Shown: in pieces, positions 1 through 12,600 of the stretch
Layout of the letters: each line of letters opens with the position of its first letter
Numbering within the stretch: the stretch's first letter is position 1
Source: Glycera tridactyla
Taxonomy: Eukaryota
Assembly (NCBI GenBank): GCA_965644265.1
Contig: OZ286466.1
Span: 70,556,001-70,620,000 of the forward strand
DNA length: 64,000 nt
Reading direction: 5' to 3'
Notes under the pieces: generated by a model
Seen by the model: the letters and a program-made list of their open reading frames with translations, nothing else
Databases searched by the model: none
What the model was told of the DNA's origin: nothing
Program-made: the position numbers and the translations under genes

Positions 1-405
1 CATTTTTGGTGAGTGCCCATTTTTCGAGGGGTCATCACATCGCTATGATTGGATTTCCAGCCACACCTCGAATGGTTGACATTCATGCATGTTTACCAGG
101 GGATTGTCATGGCATTGAGAGCTGTGAATCTGTGGAGGCTTGTTTGTGATTCATTTTGGTTTGGCGGGGAACTGCTTTGCATGCCATATATCCGGTGGTT
201 TCATATTTGTTTGTATTTATTGAGTCAGAGCTGCTTCAGCAGATCAAGTGATATGAAAAGTTTCATAATGATGCGCATGTGGTATTCTTGTCTGTATCAT
301 GATTTACAATCACAGACCTCTAGCAACATGCTCATTGAATTTACCCCATGTGACAGTTTGTACTGGTGTAGTGCACGACGTTGGACATGAAAAGGTAAGA
401 ATTAC

Positions 406-645
406 CTATTGTGGTGCCACAGGCTCTGTTCAGTACCCATTGGTCTACATTTGGATGGTTGGTCTGGATGTTGTCAGACCAGTTAGGATCCAGATGCAAG
501 TAACACTTGCCATTAAAGTCAATGGCTAGACAAGACTGGTCATCGAGACAGGCCTTTTTACACTCCTCAGCGTTGGATGCTGATGGAACAACGATTCCAC
601 CAAAGGCTAGCTGGTTTGGGAAAGATTCCCATGAGATGCTACAGT
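406..645 (-). CDS. Exon E49: PAN/Apple-like domain, class B; the gene continues beyond the left edge
   Basis: AG/GT, 240 nt, open; ends in phase 1 with a donor and no stop codon. Confidence 0.87.
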
Positions 646-3600
646 CTGAAAACGGATGAATTTGAAATACAAGATGTATCCATAAAAAGATGGTTTGGAT
701 TGTGGAAGATGAGGACATGACCTGAATACATGGTACACACTTCAGAATGGTGGATAATTAGAAAATATATTCCGTGGAAATCTGGACAGGAGGATTACAA
801 AACCCATCGTATTCTATTAGTTCTTTACTTCCACCCAAGTTTTAGTTTTTGGAGTATGTGACACATATTGTGATAAAAATGTGAATTACCATCTGCACAG
901 TTTTTGTCCAGCACCCATTGGTCAACCTCAGGATGATTCGTTTGGATTCTGTCTGGCCAGTTAGGATCCACATGCATGTAACACTTGCCATTGAAGTCAA
1001 TAGCTAGGCAGGACTGATTATTCAGACATTCATTCTGACATTCCTGTACATTGGATGCTGATGGGACAACAATCCCACCAAATGCTAGCTGTGATGGGAA
1101 GAAATTCCATGTAATGCTGCAGCCACCAGCTGAAATGAATAAGCATGGGTTCATCAATTGCGGAGATATATGCATGTGAGGGTTCGTGACTTTACCCAGA
1201 GATTCTTATGTCGTAATATCTTGTTCAGGGTCTCTATAGATGGCAGCCACCAATGGGCGCGGGTCATTTTCTTTAAAGTGTTGCCATCGGGGATGATGTG
1301 GCCTAGGTGTAGCATCATCCCTTCTCTTCTTCTCTATATCTTTTGGAGTGGGGGGTTGAATGGAAACATACCTTGAAATTTCTCTATCATCTGTCTAAAG
1401 GCATTTTCTACCAAAATTACACTATCACCAGATTTCTTTCTCTTCACCTCTTTCCAATCCCTCTAAGCTTTTCTTATCTCTTCAGTGAAATGGTCTCAGG
1501 TGTGGGTAGCTGACGGTTTGCCTGTAGCAGATATTGTCACTATGCAAAAAGCAGGTACCAGGCACACCAGTTCTGGGTTACTAGGGCTGCGACTAGGTTA
1601 CTAGGTTGTGTGATGGCATTGTACTGCGAGCATAGGGCATACCATGATTGTAAAGCTGGCTAGAAGGTGACAGTTTGTCATTGAACACATTGGTTGAGTA
1701 TTCTCCGAATCTAATGCCTCTCCTAGTGTCAAGTGCTGCGCTTTGCAAAAAAAAAGCATTGCTATCAGACTTGAGTGTTAACTTCCAGCCAGTTACATAG
1801 CTAGATATGCCATCATTAGATTCACTTTTTTTCATGAAGAGTAGGTAGAGGTGTGTCTGAACTGTCAGCTACTTCAACTTGACAACTTCTCAGGTTCCCC
1901 ATCATCTTGTGTCCAGGGTTTGTGAGAGTGATGTCTGCAGTGGAGAGAACATCTAGCTTTCATTGACCAGGAACATACGGCATACATAACCCTGTGGGTT
2001 GATACATGCCGTTAAACCTCAAACAAACAAACGAACAAATCGTAATATCTCGCGTGAGTATATTTGACACAGATATCAATCAGGGCAGAATGCCTTAGAT
2101 CGAACCGATTTCATATGCGAAATCGTCTACATGTCTTTAATTATGTGACAATGCAATTGATACACTTTTTACCACTATTGTATCATGCTATATCATTTTC
2201 AGCAAACGTTATGCCATCCACCAACTATTTTGTTTCATATGTCTGTTGTGTGAAACATGGCCAGCAGAAATGAGGTGAATGCATCATCAGTCAGAGACGA
2301 TACTCCCGAATTCAGACCCTGCATTGTTGAGTGATTTGAGTGCACATAATTGAAGGAGACTGCATTCTAGGGTTTGGTCATAGCCAGAAAAGGGTTGCTT
2401 TGAGGAAGATAATTACCTATTGTGGTTCCACAGGCTCGGTTCGGCACCCATTGATCAACATTAGGATGGTTAGTTTGAATTCTGTCTGACCAGTTAGGAT
2501 CAACATGCATGTAACATTTTCCATTGAAATCAACGGCAAGACACGATCGATTGTTGAGGCAAGCATTTTTACATTCTTCGACTGTAGGGGCACTAGGAAC
2601 AACGATTCCACCGAAGGCAAGTTGATTAGGGAAAGATTCCCATGTGATACTACAATCAGGGGTCGCTGAAAATGAAGAGGCATATGTACATTCCTTATGG
2701 TTGTCAAGGACCTACTTGGTTCAAGCGTTGTTTCAGTTTCCATGAGATCTGTTATCGCGGTACAGCTCATTGTATTTCCTTCATTCCTGACTCATCACAA
2801 TGGGATGCATTTTTGCTGATAGCAAATTTTCGAAGTTGTCATATTGTTTAGATCAGAGTCATATCTCGAATGAACGACATTCATGAGTGTTTACCTGTGG
2901 ATCATCATGGAATCGAGAGCTGTGGATTGGTAGGATATTGTTTGTGTGTTTTCTTGGTTCTGGTGGAGAACTGGTTTGCATTCTGATCATCCGGTGATTT
3001 CATTTTTGTTTGCATTGACTTGGAGTCGGAAACCCCTTCAGCAACGTGCTCATTGAAATCACCATATTCTGGATTTCGTGCTGGTTGAGCGTGCGGTGCT
3101 GGGCAAGAAAAAGCAAGAATTACCTATTGTGGTGCCACAGGCTCTGTTCAGTACCCATTGGTCCACATTTGGATGGTTGGTCTGGATGCTGTCAGACCAG
3201 TTAGGATCCAGATGCAAGTAACACTTTCCATTAAAGTCAATGGCTAGACATGATTGGTTATTGAGACAGGCCTTCTTACACTCCTCAGCATTGGATGCCG
3301 ATGGAACAACAATTCCACCAAAGGCTAGCTGATTTGGGAAAGATTCCCATGAGATCTTACAGTCTGAAAGTGAACGAGCATGAATTACCAAACGTGTCCA
3401 TCAAAAGATGGTTCAGATTTGACACAAACTTTGGAATAGTGGATATTTAGGACATATGCTCCATGTTAATATGGACAGAAAGAGTATTCAATTTGTTTTC
3501 TACTTTCACCTCAGTTTATGTTTACAAAGTATGTGACACTCATAGTAACATGAATGTTTCATACGTCCATCCCAGTTTCTGTTTTCAGAGTATGTGACAC

Positions 3601-6600
3601 ATATTGTAATATGAATGTGAATTACCTTCTGACGCACACACTTTTTCCAGAACCCACTGGTCAACCTCAGGATGATTTGTTCGGATTCTGTCTGGCCAGT
3701 CAGGATCCACATGCATATAACACTTGCCATTCTATTGGTTCTTTACTCCCACCCAATTTAAGTTTTTTGAGTATGTGACACATATTGTGATAAAAATGTG
3801 AATTACCATCTGCACAGTTTTTTTCCAGCACCCATTGGTCGACCTCAGGATGATTCGTTTGGATTCTGTCTGGCCAGTTAGAATCCACATGCATGTAACA
3901 CTTGCCATTGAAGTCAATAGCTAGGCAGGACTGATTATTCAGACATTCATTCTGACATTCCTGTACATTGGATGCTGATGGGACAACAATCCCACCAAAT
4001 GCTAGCTGTGATGGGAAGAAATTCCATGTAATGCTGCAGCCACCAGCTGAAATAGATATCCATGAATTCATGAAATCGTGTAATTCATATCTGTGTGGAG
4101 TTTGTGATTTCATCATGAGAATCTTCACAATTTCTTAAGAGTGGTCGTTATATGACATCATTGCATCCTGAGATTTCAAGTTAGGGTGTATGGCAATGTT
4201 GAGGTAATGGGATAATTTTGTGTGGTAGTATCTTGAGTGAGTGTGTGGCACAATTATCGATCGTAGCAGAGTGCATTAGATTGAACTGATTTCATATGCA
4301 AGATTTTGTACATATCTGAGATCAGGTGACAATGCAATATCCTCTATACCCTAATGTTTCGTGCTATATCGTTCGCAAACATTTTGCCATCCATTAGGTA
4401 CTATACTCATATGTCTAGTTTTGTACAACAAGTGCATCTGATGTTTGACTACTGTGATATTGTGTATGGGGCACTCAGCAAAAAATGAAGTAATATTCTC
4501 CAAAAGGTCCAAGATTATGCTTTGAAGATGATTCCAATGAAACAAGTGTTATGTGATGAAACCTGTGTGTACACTCAAGAGTTGTGAGGGAAACTTTTCC
4601 TTCCGTGCTGCTGTCCTTTGGAACCATCATTGCGATCAATGCCTTTATTTTGATAAAATGCCACTGAGTACTTTTAAACAAACCAAAATGTTTTGATCAT
4701 ATTTAGTATGCTATTCTGGCTGTGAAAGATAGCGTTCCAGCGTGGTTACACAATTCATAATAGTATATCTCAGCCTATATCCTACATTTCCGCATTCCAG
4801 CGTGGTTACACAATTTATATAGTATATCTCAAGCCTATATCCTACATTATCATTTTTGTCATGTATTATTAATATTATCATTTTATTATGGTCAGTGTTG
4901 TTACTATTATCATCACGCATATATGTCTCCTTATGCTGCCCTGTTAATTATCTGTCCGTATATGGACAACTCTATCTGTATATGGATTTTAGCCAGTGTG
5001 ACCCCGACATATATATTTACGACTTGTCTCAGAAATGTCAACTTATGATGAAATTTAATATTACAAATTTTATTGTTGCTCCTTTTGACACCTGGCTTAA
5101 AGATACTCTGGAAATGGTCGTTCTATGGCGGCTAATTGTTTCTATCATTTTGAAATAAAAATGTCTTATCTTTGTCTTATCTCATGTGATGTGATTCTAC
5201 CATCAGTTAAAGCCCTATTCCACCCAATTCAAGACCCTCCATTGCCAAATTAGACATGGTGAGTTTGAGTGTAACTAATCAGAGAACATTGCATCTAGTG
5301 ATTCGTGTAGTGAAGAAATGCGTCAGTTTCGGAAATGGTTGAGAATGATAATTACCTATTGTGGTTCCGCAGGCTCGGTTCGGTACCCATTGATCCACAT
5401 TCGGATGATTAGTTTGAATTCTGTCTGACCAGTTAGGATCAACATGCATGTAACACTTTCCATTGAAATCAATGGCAAGACACGATCGATTGTTGAGGCA
5501 TGCATTTTTGCATTCTTCGACTGTAGGGGCACTAGGAACAACAATTCCACCGAAGGCAAGTTGATTGGGGAAGGATTCCCATGTGATGCTACAATCGGGA
5601 GTTGCTGAAAATAATGACAGATGTCTCTTCATGTTTTTATATTACTCCACCTAGGTTTAAAGTTAGATAGGAGTCTCATCATATTGCCATATGATCGTAT
5701 CATCGATATACTAGGCCTATTCGACTGGTCGGTTTCGTTGAGTACGGCCGGTCCGTTGACTACATTTTGTATTCGAGTGGCCGCTTAACACTTTTTCATT
5801 GTGTACGAACTCAACGGTCGTTTGACTATGTTGAACTCGTTAAACGAAACCTATTTGGTTGGGCTACGGCCGTTGAGTACATTGCTGTCAACACACATTC
5901 AACAAAACCGACCAGTCGAATAGGCCTATTATATGCGTGATTTCTAGATCATTCAAGTAAAGTCAGCTGACAATGAAGGTACATTGTAAATGTGACCCCT
6001 CATAGAACCAATTGAAAATTAGGTTGGCCCTTTGTAGAGGTACATTAGCTATTCAAAGACAATCGTAGTACACCCCGCAACATGAGAGACAGAGATATTC
6101 ATATAAGAACGACATACACTGATCCCGCCTAAAATCCTGGGAACAACTCATATGGCCTTGAATTTGTTGGATAAGATAGGATGAACCAAAATGAAACAGG
6201 GTTATGTTAAGGTTTTAGGTCCACTTTCTGCACTTGAGTAGGCTAAATCGGACCACCTGCCAAGGAGGAGCGAAGATGAAGGGTGAAACGTTCCTGCATG
6301 GTGGGACCGGGGATTGAACCCCGGACCCATTGCACGCCGGCCCAGCATGCTACCACTGAGCCACCAAGGCAGGCCCGTACACGTGGGATAGTGAATATTC
6401 GAGTTCGGATGATATCATTTCAGGGATCTTCTGCTGCAGTAATTTGAAAATCACCTGCTATGATTCAAGAATTTTTTTTAAACAAGCAGTAGATAGACAA
6501 AATTCAATTTTGATTACCTATTGTTGTGCCACATCCCCGGGTAATTACCCATTGGTCTACTTCAGGGTGGTTGGTTTGAATTCTGTCTGACCAGCTCGAG

Positions 6601-9600
6601 TCCACATGCATATAACACTTCCCATTGAAATCAATGGCTAAGCATGATTCGTTGTTGAGACAAGCTGTTTTACAATCTTCAACTGAGGATGCAGAGGGGA
6701 CAACGATTCCACCAAAGGCGAGCTGTTCTGGGAATGATTCCCATGAAACTGTACAACCAGCAGCTGAAAAGAGATAAGTTCTGGGTAAGAATGTATTCTA
6801 AGCATGATAAAATATATGGTTGTGTGTGCTGACTTCTGCTCCACGTGAAGGACAATTTAGCACTGTGTGATCGGTGATGGTGATTGATATCTCATTCTTC
6901 GGGTGTGGGTTAACCTAGCTATAGCTATAGACAAGTTATAGTAACGTTGATTACCTATTGTGGTGCCACATGCTCGGTTTACTACCCATTGGTCAACGTT
7001 CGGATGATTGGTTTGGATTCGGTCAGACCAGTTGGGGTCGACATGCATGTAGCACTTGCCATTGAAGTCAATGGCTAGGCAGGAACCATTGTTGAGGCAT
7101 GCATCTTTACATTCCTCAACATTAGATGCAGATGGAACTACAAGTCCACCGAATGCAAGCTGGTTCGGAAAAGAGTCCCAGGTGATACTACAATCAGGTG
7201 TTGCTGAAATCAGATCAATATACCGTGCTTCAACATGTGTGCAATCCATTCTAGTACTTGCAAACCTCCCAAGTGTCATTTCGTTTTATGCTTGGTAAAG
7301 GCTTCGTTTCGGTAGCATCAACCACAAGCTATGTGGTCGTGAATTCGTCCAAGGAATTTTTATAAATGTGAGAGAACTTGGTATGGCCATCATACTATGT
7401 CATTAAGCAGTTATAAATAATTCATACCAATAATAACACGAAAACCTCGATCATTGCTCATAGCATTTTGATTCAGGTGTGAGGAGCAATTTTTCGAAAA
7501 AGATTACGGTACTTCAAAACGATTGAATATTTGTGTCAAGTACAGATAATATGCGGAAGATATGCATGGAGCACATGCAATTTTACCTATTGTAGTGCCA
7601 CATGCCCGATGTAGCACCCATTGGTCCACATTTGGATGATTGGTTTGAATTCTGTCAGTCCAACTAGGCTCGACATGCATATAACACTTGCCATTGAAAT
7701 CAATGGCTAGACATGAAGTATTGGCTATACAGGCATTTTGACATTCCTGAACATTAGAGGCGGATGGGACAACAATTCCCCCAAAGGCAAGTTGCTTTGG
7801 GAATGCTTCCCATGAAATTCTACAGTCTGAAATCGAAATGACAGGGAGGATTAGGTTGCTTCTAGGCGAAAGCAGGTTTTATGTGTCAATATAGATATAT
7901 TTGGATCCATTTCAAGATGGTATAATTATAAACAGTCTAAATACATATGAAACACGAACAAGTCAAACTCTGAACTAATTTATATGATCGTGCTTTGTCA
8001 GGGTCCTATGTCTTGCTGGAAAGTTATGGCGAATGGACAATGCCATTCTTGAAAAATTATGAAGCCACCACTATGGCTCATTGTTTTTTATGTGTTTTAG
8101 GCCAAAGTATCAGGACTCGGCTTGTTATGGGGAGGAAGGTTACTTTGCAATCCAGTACAAATTGATGAGGATTGGGATGAGTGGTCGAATATTATTTTGT
8201 CAATTTGAATCCAGGTGTATGTCAACCAAAGACTGATGTCTATGACTAATATTTTGACATTCTTTAACAACAGGTGGAGATGCAACATGGTTCCAAAAAT
8301 TGTCAAGCCTTCCTCTGGAATAAATTCCCCGGATATTTATAGTCTGATCACCGTTTATGACTTCACACTGCAAATATTCTCTTCGATGTTCAATATATAG
8401 ATAAGGTATCTGAACCTTTGCACTCCTCTGGATACCTGTATTAGGTTTCCGTAACCTGATAGTTCTGTGCTACAGTACAAAGCATAGGTCCACAACCATC
8501 AACATACTCATATGTGTCAGCTGTCCTTTTGATAGAGTTATCATTGAATGATGAACTGGTTTTACAAAGTTAATTTAGAGGAGATGTTGATGATAATGGG
8601 TATAGATACAAGATGACAGAAACTTTGTGTCATGCCCTTGCATCTCACCTGAGAAGATGGCAATGGTGGGTTATGAAATCTCTGGTTACCTTTTGTGGTG
8701 CCGCATGATCGGTTCGGTACCCATTGGTCAACGTTTGGATGATTGGTTTGGATTTGGTCGGCCCAGTTAGGATCGACATGCATATAACACTTGCCATTGA
8801 AGTCAATAGCTAAGCAGGACTGATTGTTCAGGCAAGCATCTTTACATTCTTCAACATTCGAGGCAGATGGAACTACGATTCCACCAAAGGCAAGCTGATT
8901 TGGAAAAGAGTCCCAGGTAATGCTACAATCAGGTGTCGCTGAAATCAAATGAAAACAACTACCTCAAACATGAAATATGTCTAAATAATCTTATCAAACC
9001 CTTGGATATAGTAACCTGAAATGCTCAATATAAAAGTGCTATCACCTTATAAAGTCCAAACAGTGATGCATTTCAGGATTCTGCACTTACCTGGGAATTT
9101 ATTAATATGGACAGAAGTCATAGCTACCTATTTTCGTTGTCTATATTTAGTCCTGATAATGGCCATACCTGCATCCATCATCCTCAATCATTGCTAATTG
9201 CTCATCGCATTTAAGTGAGAATATCCCACTTTATCACAAATTAGCTTGGATTGCTTCGAGAATGAAAAATGAAGAAAATACGCATGTTAGTCATGCAATT
9301 GCTTTACCTATTGTTGTGCCACATGCTCGGTGCACAACCCATTGGTCCACATTGGGGTGATTAGTTTGTATATTGTCGGTCCAGTTAGGGTCCACATGCA
9401 TATAACACTTGCCATTAAAATCAATGGCTAGACATGAACTATTACTTATACAGGCAGTTTGACATTCCTGAACATTTGAGGCCGATGGGACAATGATTCC
9501 CCCGAAAGCTAGCTGACTTGGGAATGCTTCCCATGAAATTCTACAGTCTGAAATTGAAATCACATGGTTGTTTAAACATGTTCCTGAGATCAGGCACGCC

Positions 9601-12600
9601 TGAAAAAGAATTCTTGAATTATTTAGATCTAATCTGAATGGTAATAGTATAGAGCAAAGAAAAATGCCAATTCCTGATTTACGATGTCTATCAGGGGCAC
9701 GTTTTGGCACTTTCGCCTGTCAGCAGCCTGTTGATCCTACACATGCGCAATGAGGACACCACCAAAACGATGTCTGTTGCTGGATTGTTAATTGACCTGC
9801 CATCTATCGGCAAAATCCAGCACAATACAATATTTTAATACCTGAGAATCCCTTGTAGAATTGTGCTTGTTAGAGATTATTCCTTCCAATGATGAAATTT
9901 CCTTCCACTGAACAAAGTCATTCAAATGGAATGGGTGCTGTGTCACATGATCGATGACGTCATCGACAGAGGAAGACTAGCTCTAGAGGTTGTCCGCGGA
10001 TTGTTGACAAGCTGTCAACAATGTTCTTGCTAACAATTCGCTGACAATAGTGACGAGTTTGTCATCGCGAAAACGTGCCCCTAGTTGTATCTCGTAATAC
10101 TGGTCCTATAAGCTATGGCTGGTATAGACATGCTAACTCATAGACCTATCCACAGTCATGTTATTTGATCAATTATTTGTCTTAGAGCTGAAGTCAACAT
10201 GAGTAGATGAATGGATTCGAAAAAAAAATGTAAGCCATGGATAAGGTTACCTATTGTTGTGCCACATACTCGGTTTAGTACCCACTGATCGACATTGGGA
10301 TGATTTGTTTGGATCCGGTCAGGCCAGTTGGGATCAACATGCATGTAACACTTGCCATTGAAGTCAATTGCTAAGCAGGACCGATTGTTTAGGCATGAAT
10401 CTTTACATTCCTCAACATTAGATGCAGATGGAACTACGATTCCACCAAAGGCAAGCTGATTTGGGAAAGGGTCCCAGATGATGCTACAATCAGGTGTGGC
10501 TGAAATCAAAGGAATACAATCCATCGCAACAAATTCTTTGAATGACCGTTTCATCTCCAGAACCGTTGCTATCATTCTTGAAAATCTTCTTACATGTATC
10601 TTAGGTTCCCGGTGGTTCTGTGATAACTTCAAATGAATTTTGATATGAATATTAGGACATTTCTCGAAATTTTGATATGATTGAGTGTTTTCGTACGAGT
10701 ACATTGTATTTTCCTGGGCGGGGATGTATTAGTTTCAGAAATATCAAGTAATCTATTCAACAGTGCTAGTGTACCTTGAATTGGAAACTGGCTCGATATA
10801 ATACCATTTTCGAGAATTTAAGGTGATCAATACAAATCGACTTTTTCAGTGCATTATATAAACTTGGCTCCTAGCGAAATACCCTATGAAGAAAACTCCG
10901 AAAAAGGTTTACCTATCGTAGTGCCACAGGCTCGATGCAGTACCCATTGGTCCACATTTGGATGATTAGTTTGAATTCTGTAAATCCAACTAGGCTCGAC
11001 ATGCAAATAACATTTGCCATTAAAATCTATAGCTAGACATGATGTATTGGCAATACAGGCATCCTGACATTCTTGAACATTAGAAGCGGATGGAACAACA
11101 ATTCCATCAAAGGCTAGCTGATTCGGGAATTCTTCCCATGAGAATCTACAGTCTGAAACTGAAATTGCATAGATGAATGAACAGGTTCCTGTCCAATTTG
11201 ACTGATAATATTTATGTGGGTTGATTTTCAGTGATATTTGTAAGAAAACGTGTTTGCAGCTTTGACTATATGAGTCTAGATACATAATTTCCATACTGAG
11301 CTTATTCTCCTGAAAGGTATGTTGAGTGAACATTTTCTTTTTTGAGATTATTCCTAGCCATAATATTCATTTCTCTTCCCTCAATCCGATGTGTCATGGA
11401 GGGTTATGCGCAATTTTCGGGTGATGCTGGCGATAAAACCAGACTCATTTCATTACATTACATGGATCATGCATATGCCCTTCTTTTTTAAAGAGGGTTT
11501 AAAGAGGATATTGCCTCTTGTTGCACATTGCAGATTCAGTATCTATCGGTCATCAATTGGATGCATTCCATGTGGTCAGTAAGAGTCCATATGCATGTAT
11601 CATTGTTCAAGGCAAGGCTGGTCGGTAAAACATACTATCTGACATTCCTCAACTATAACTGCAGAGAGAGCAATGATCCCTTCATAAGTCGGTTTTCATA
11701 TGAGATGCTGCTGCTACATCCCGCTGAACTAGTATGAGGGAAACTGCAAATTTTAAGTGACTTTCAAAAGTAAATGCCAGACTTGTCCATTGCATACAGT
11801 GCTAACTTGCGAATGGTAGCTGTCTGATAGATCAAAATTGCCTTCTCATGCATGTCATCATGTAATTTTATCATAGAATGCACGAGTTTGGTTTGATTTA
11901 TAACATAAGGGCCCTTTGGCGGAAGAGATCATCTGAAAATCAAATCAATGCAGAGTTTGGATCTGCCATGAGTTGTCAGATACTGAGATGAATAGACATT
12001 GAATATTGAATCATAAGAATAATAAGGATCCTTTCCAGTGCCAGTCACTATGGAAAGGATGTCATATAACACTACAAGTATTTGATTTGAATGGTTGACA
12101 CCAATACTATATAGAAATGTTGATTACCTGCAGTAGTGCCAGACACTATGGAAAGGATGTCATATAACACTACAAGTATTTGATTTGAATGGTTGACACC
12201 AATACTATATAGAAACGTTGATTACCTGCAGTAGTGCCAGACACTATGGAAAGGATGTCATATAACACTACAAGTATTTGATTCGAATGGTTGACAACAA
12301 TACTATATAGAAACGTTGATTACCTGCAGTAGTGCCACATGATCGATTTGGTACCCATTGATCAACATTAGGATGGTTGGTTTGAATCTGGTCGGCCCAG
12401 TTGGGATCAACGTGCATATAGCACTTGCCATTGAAGTCAATGGCTAAGCAGGACCGATTGTTCAAGCAAGCATCTTTACATTCCTCAACATTAGAGGCAG
12501 ATGGAATTACGATTCCGCCAAAGGCAAGCTGATTCGGAAATGACTCCCAGGTGGTGCTACAATCAGGTGTTGCTGAAATCAGAGATTAATACACAGCCTG

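Noticed and set aside
6299-6370. Functional tRNA gene
   Set aside because: A and B boxes are present, but the acceptor stem does not pair, the anticodon arm is non-canonical, and a SINE-like tail follows.
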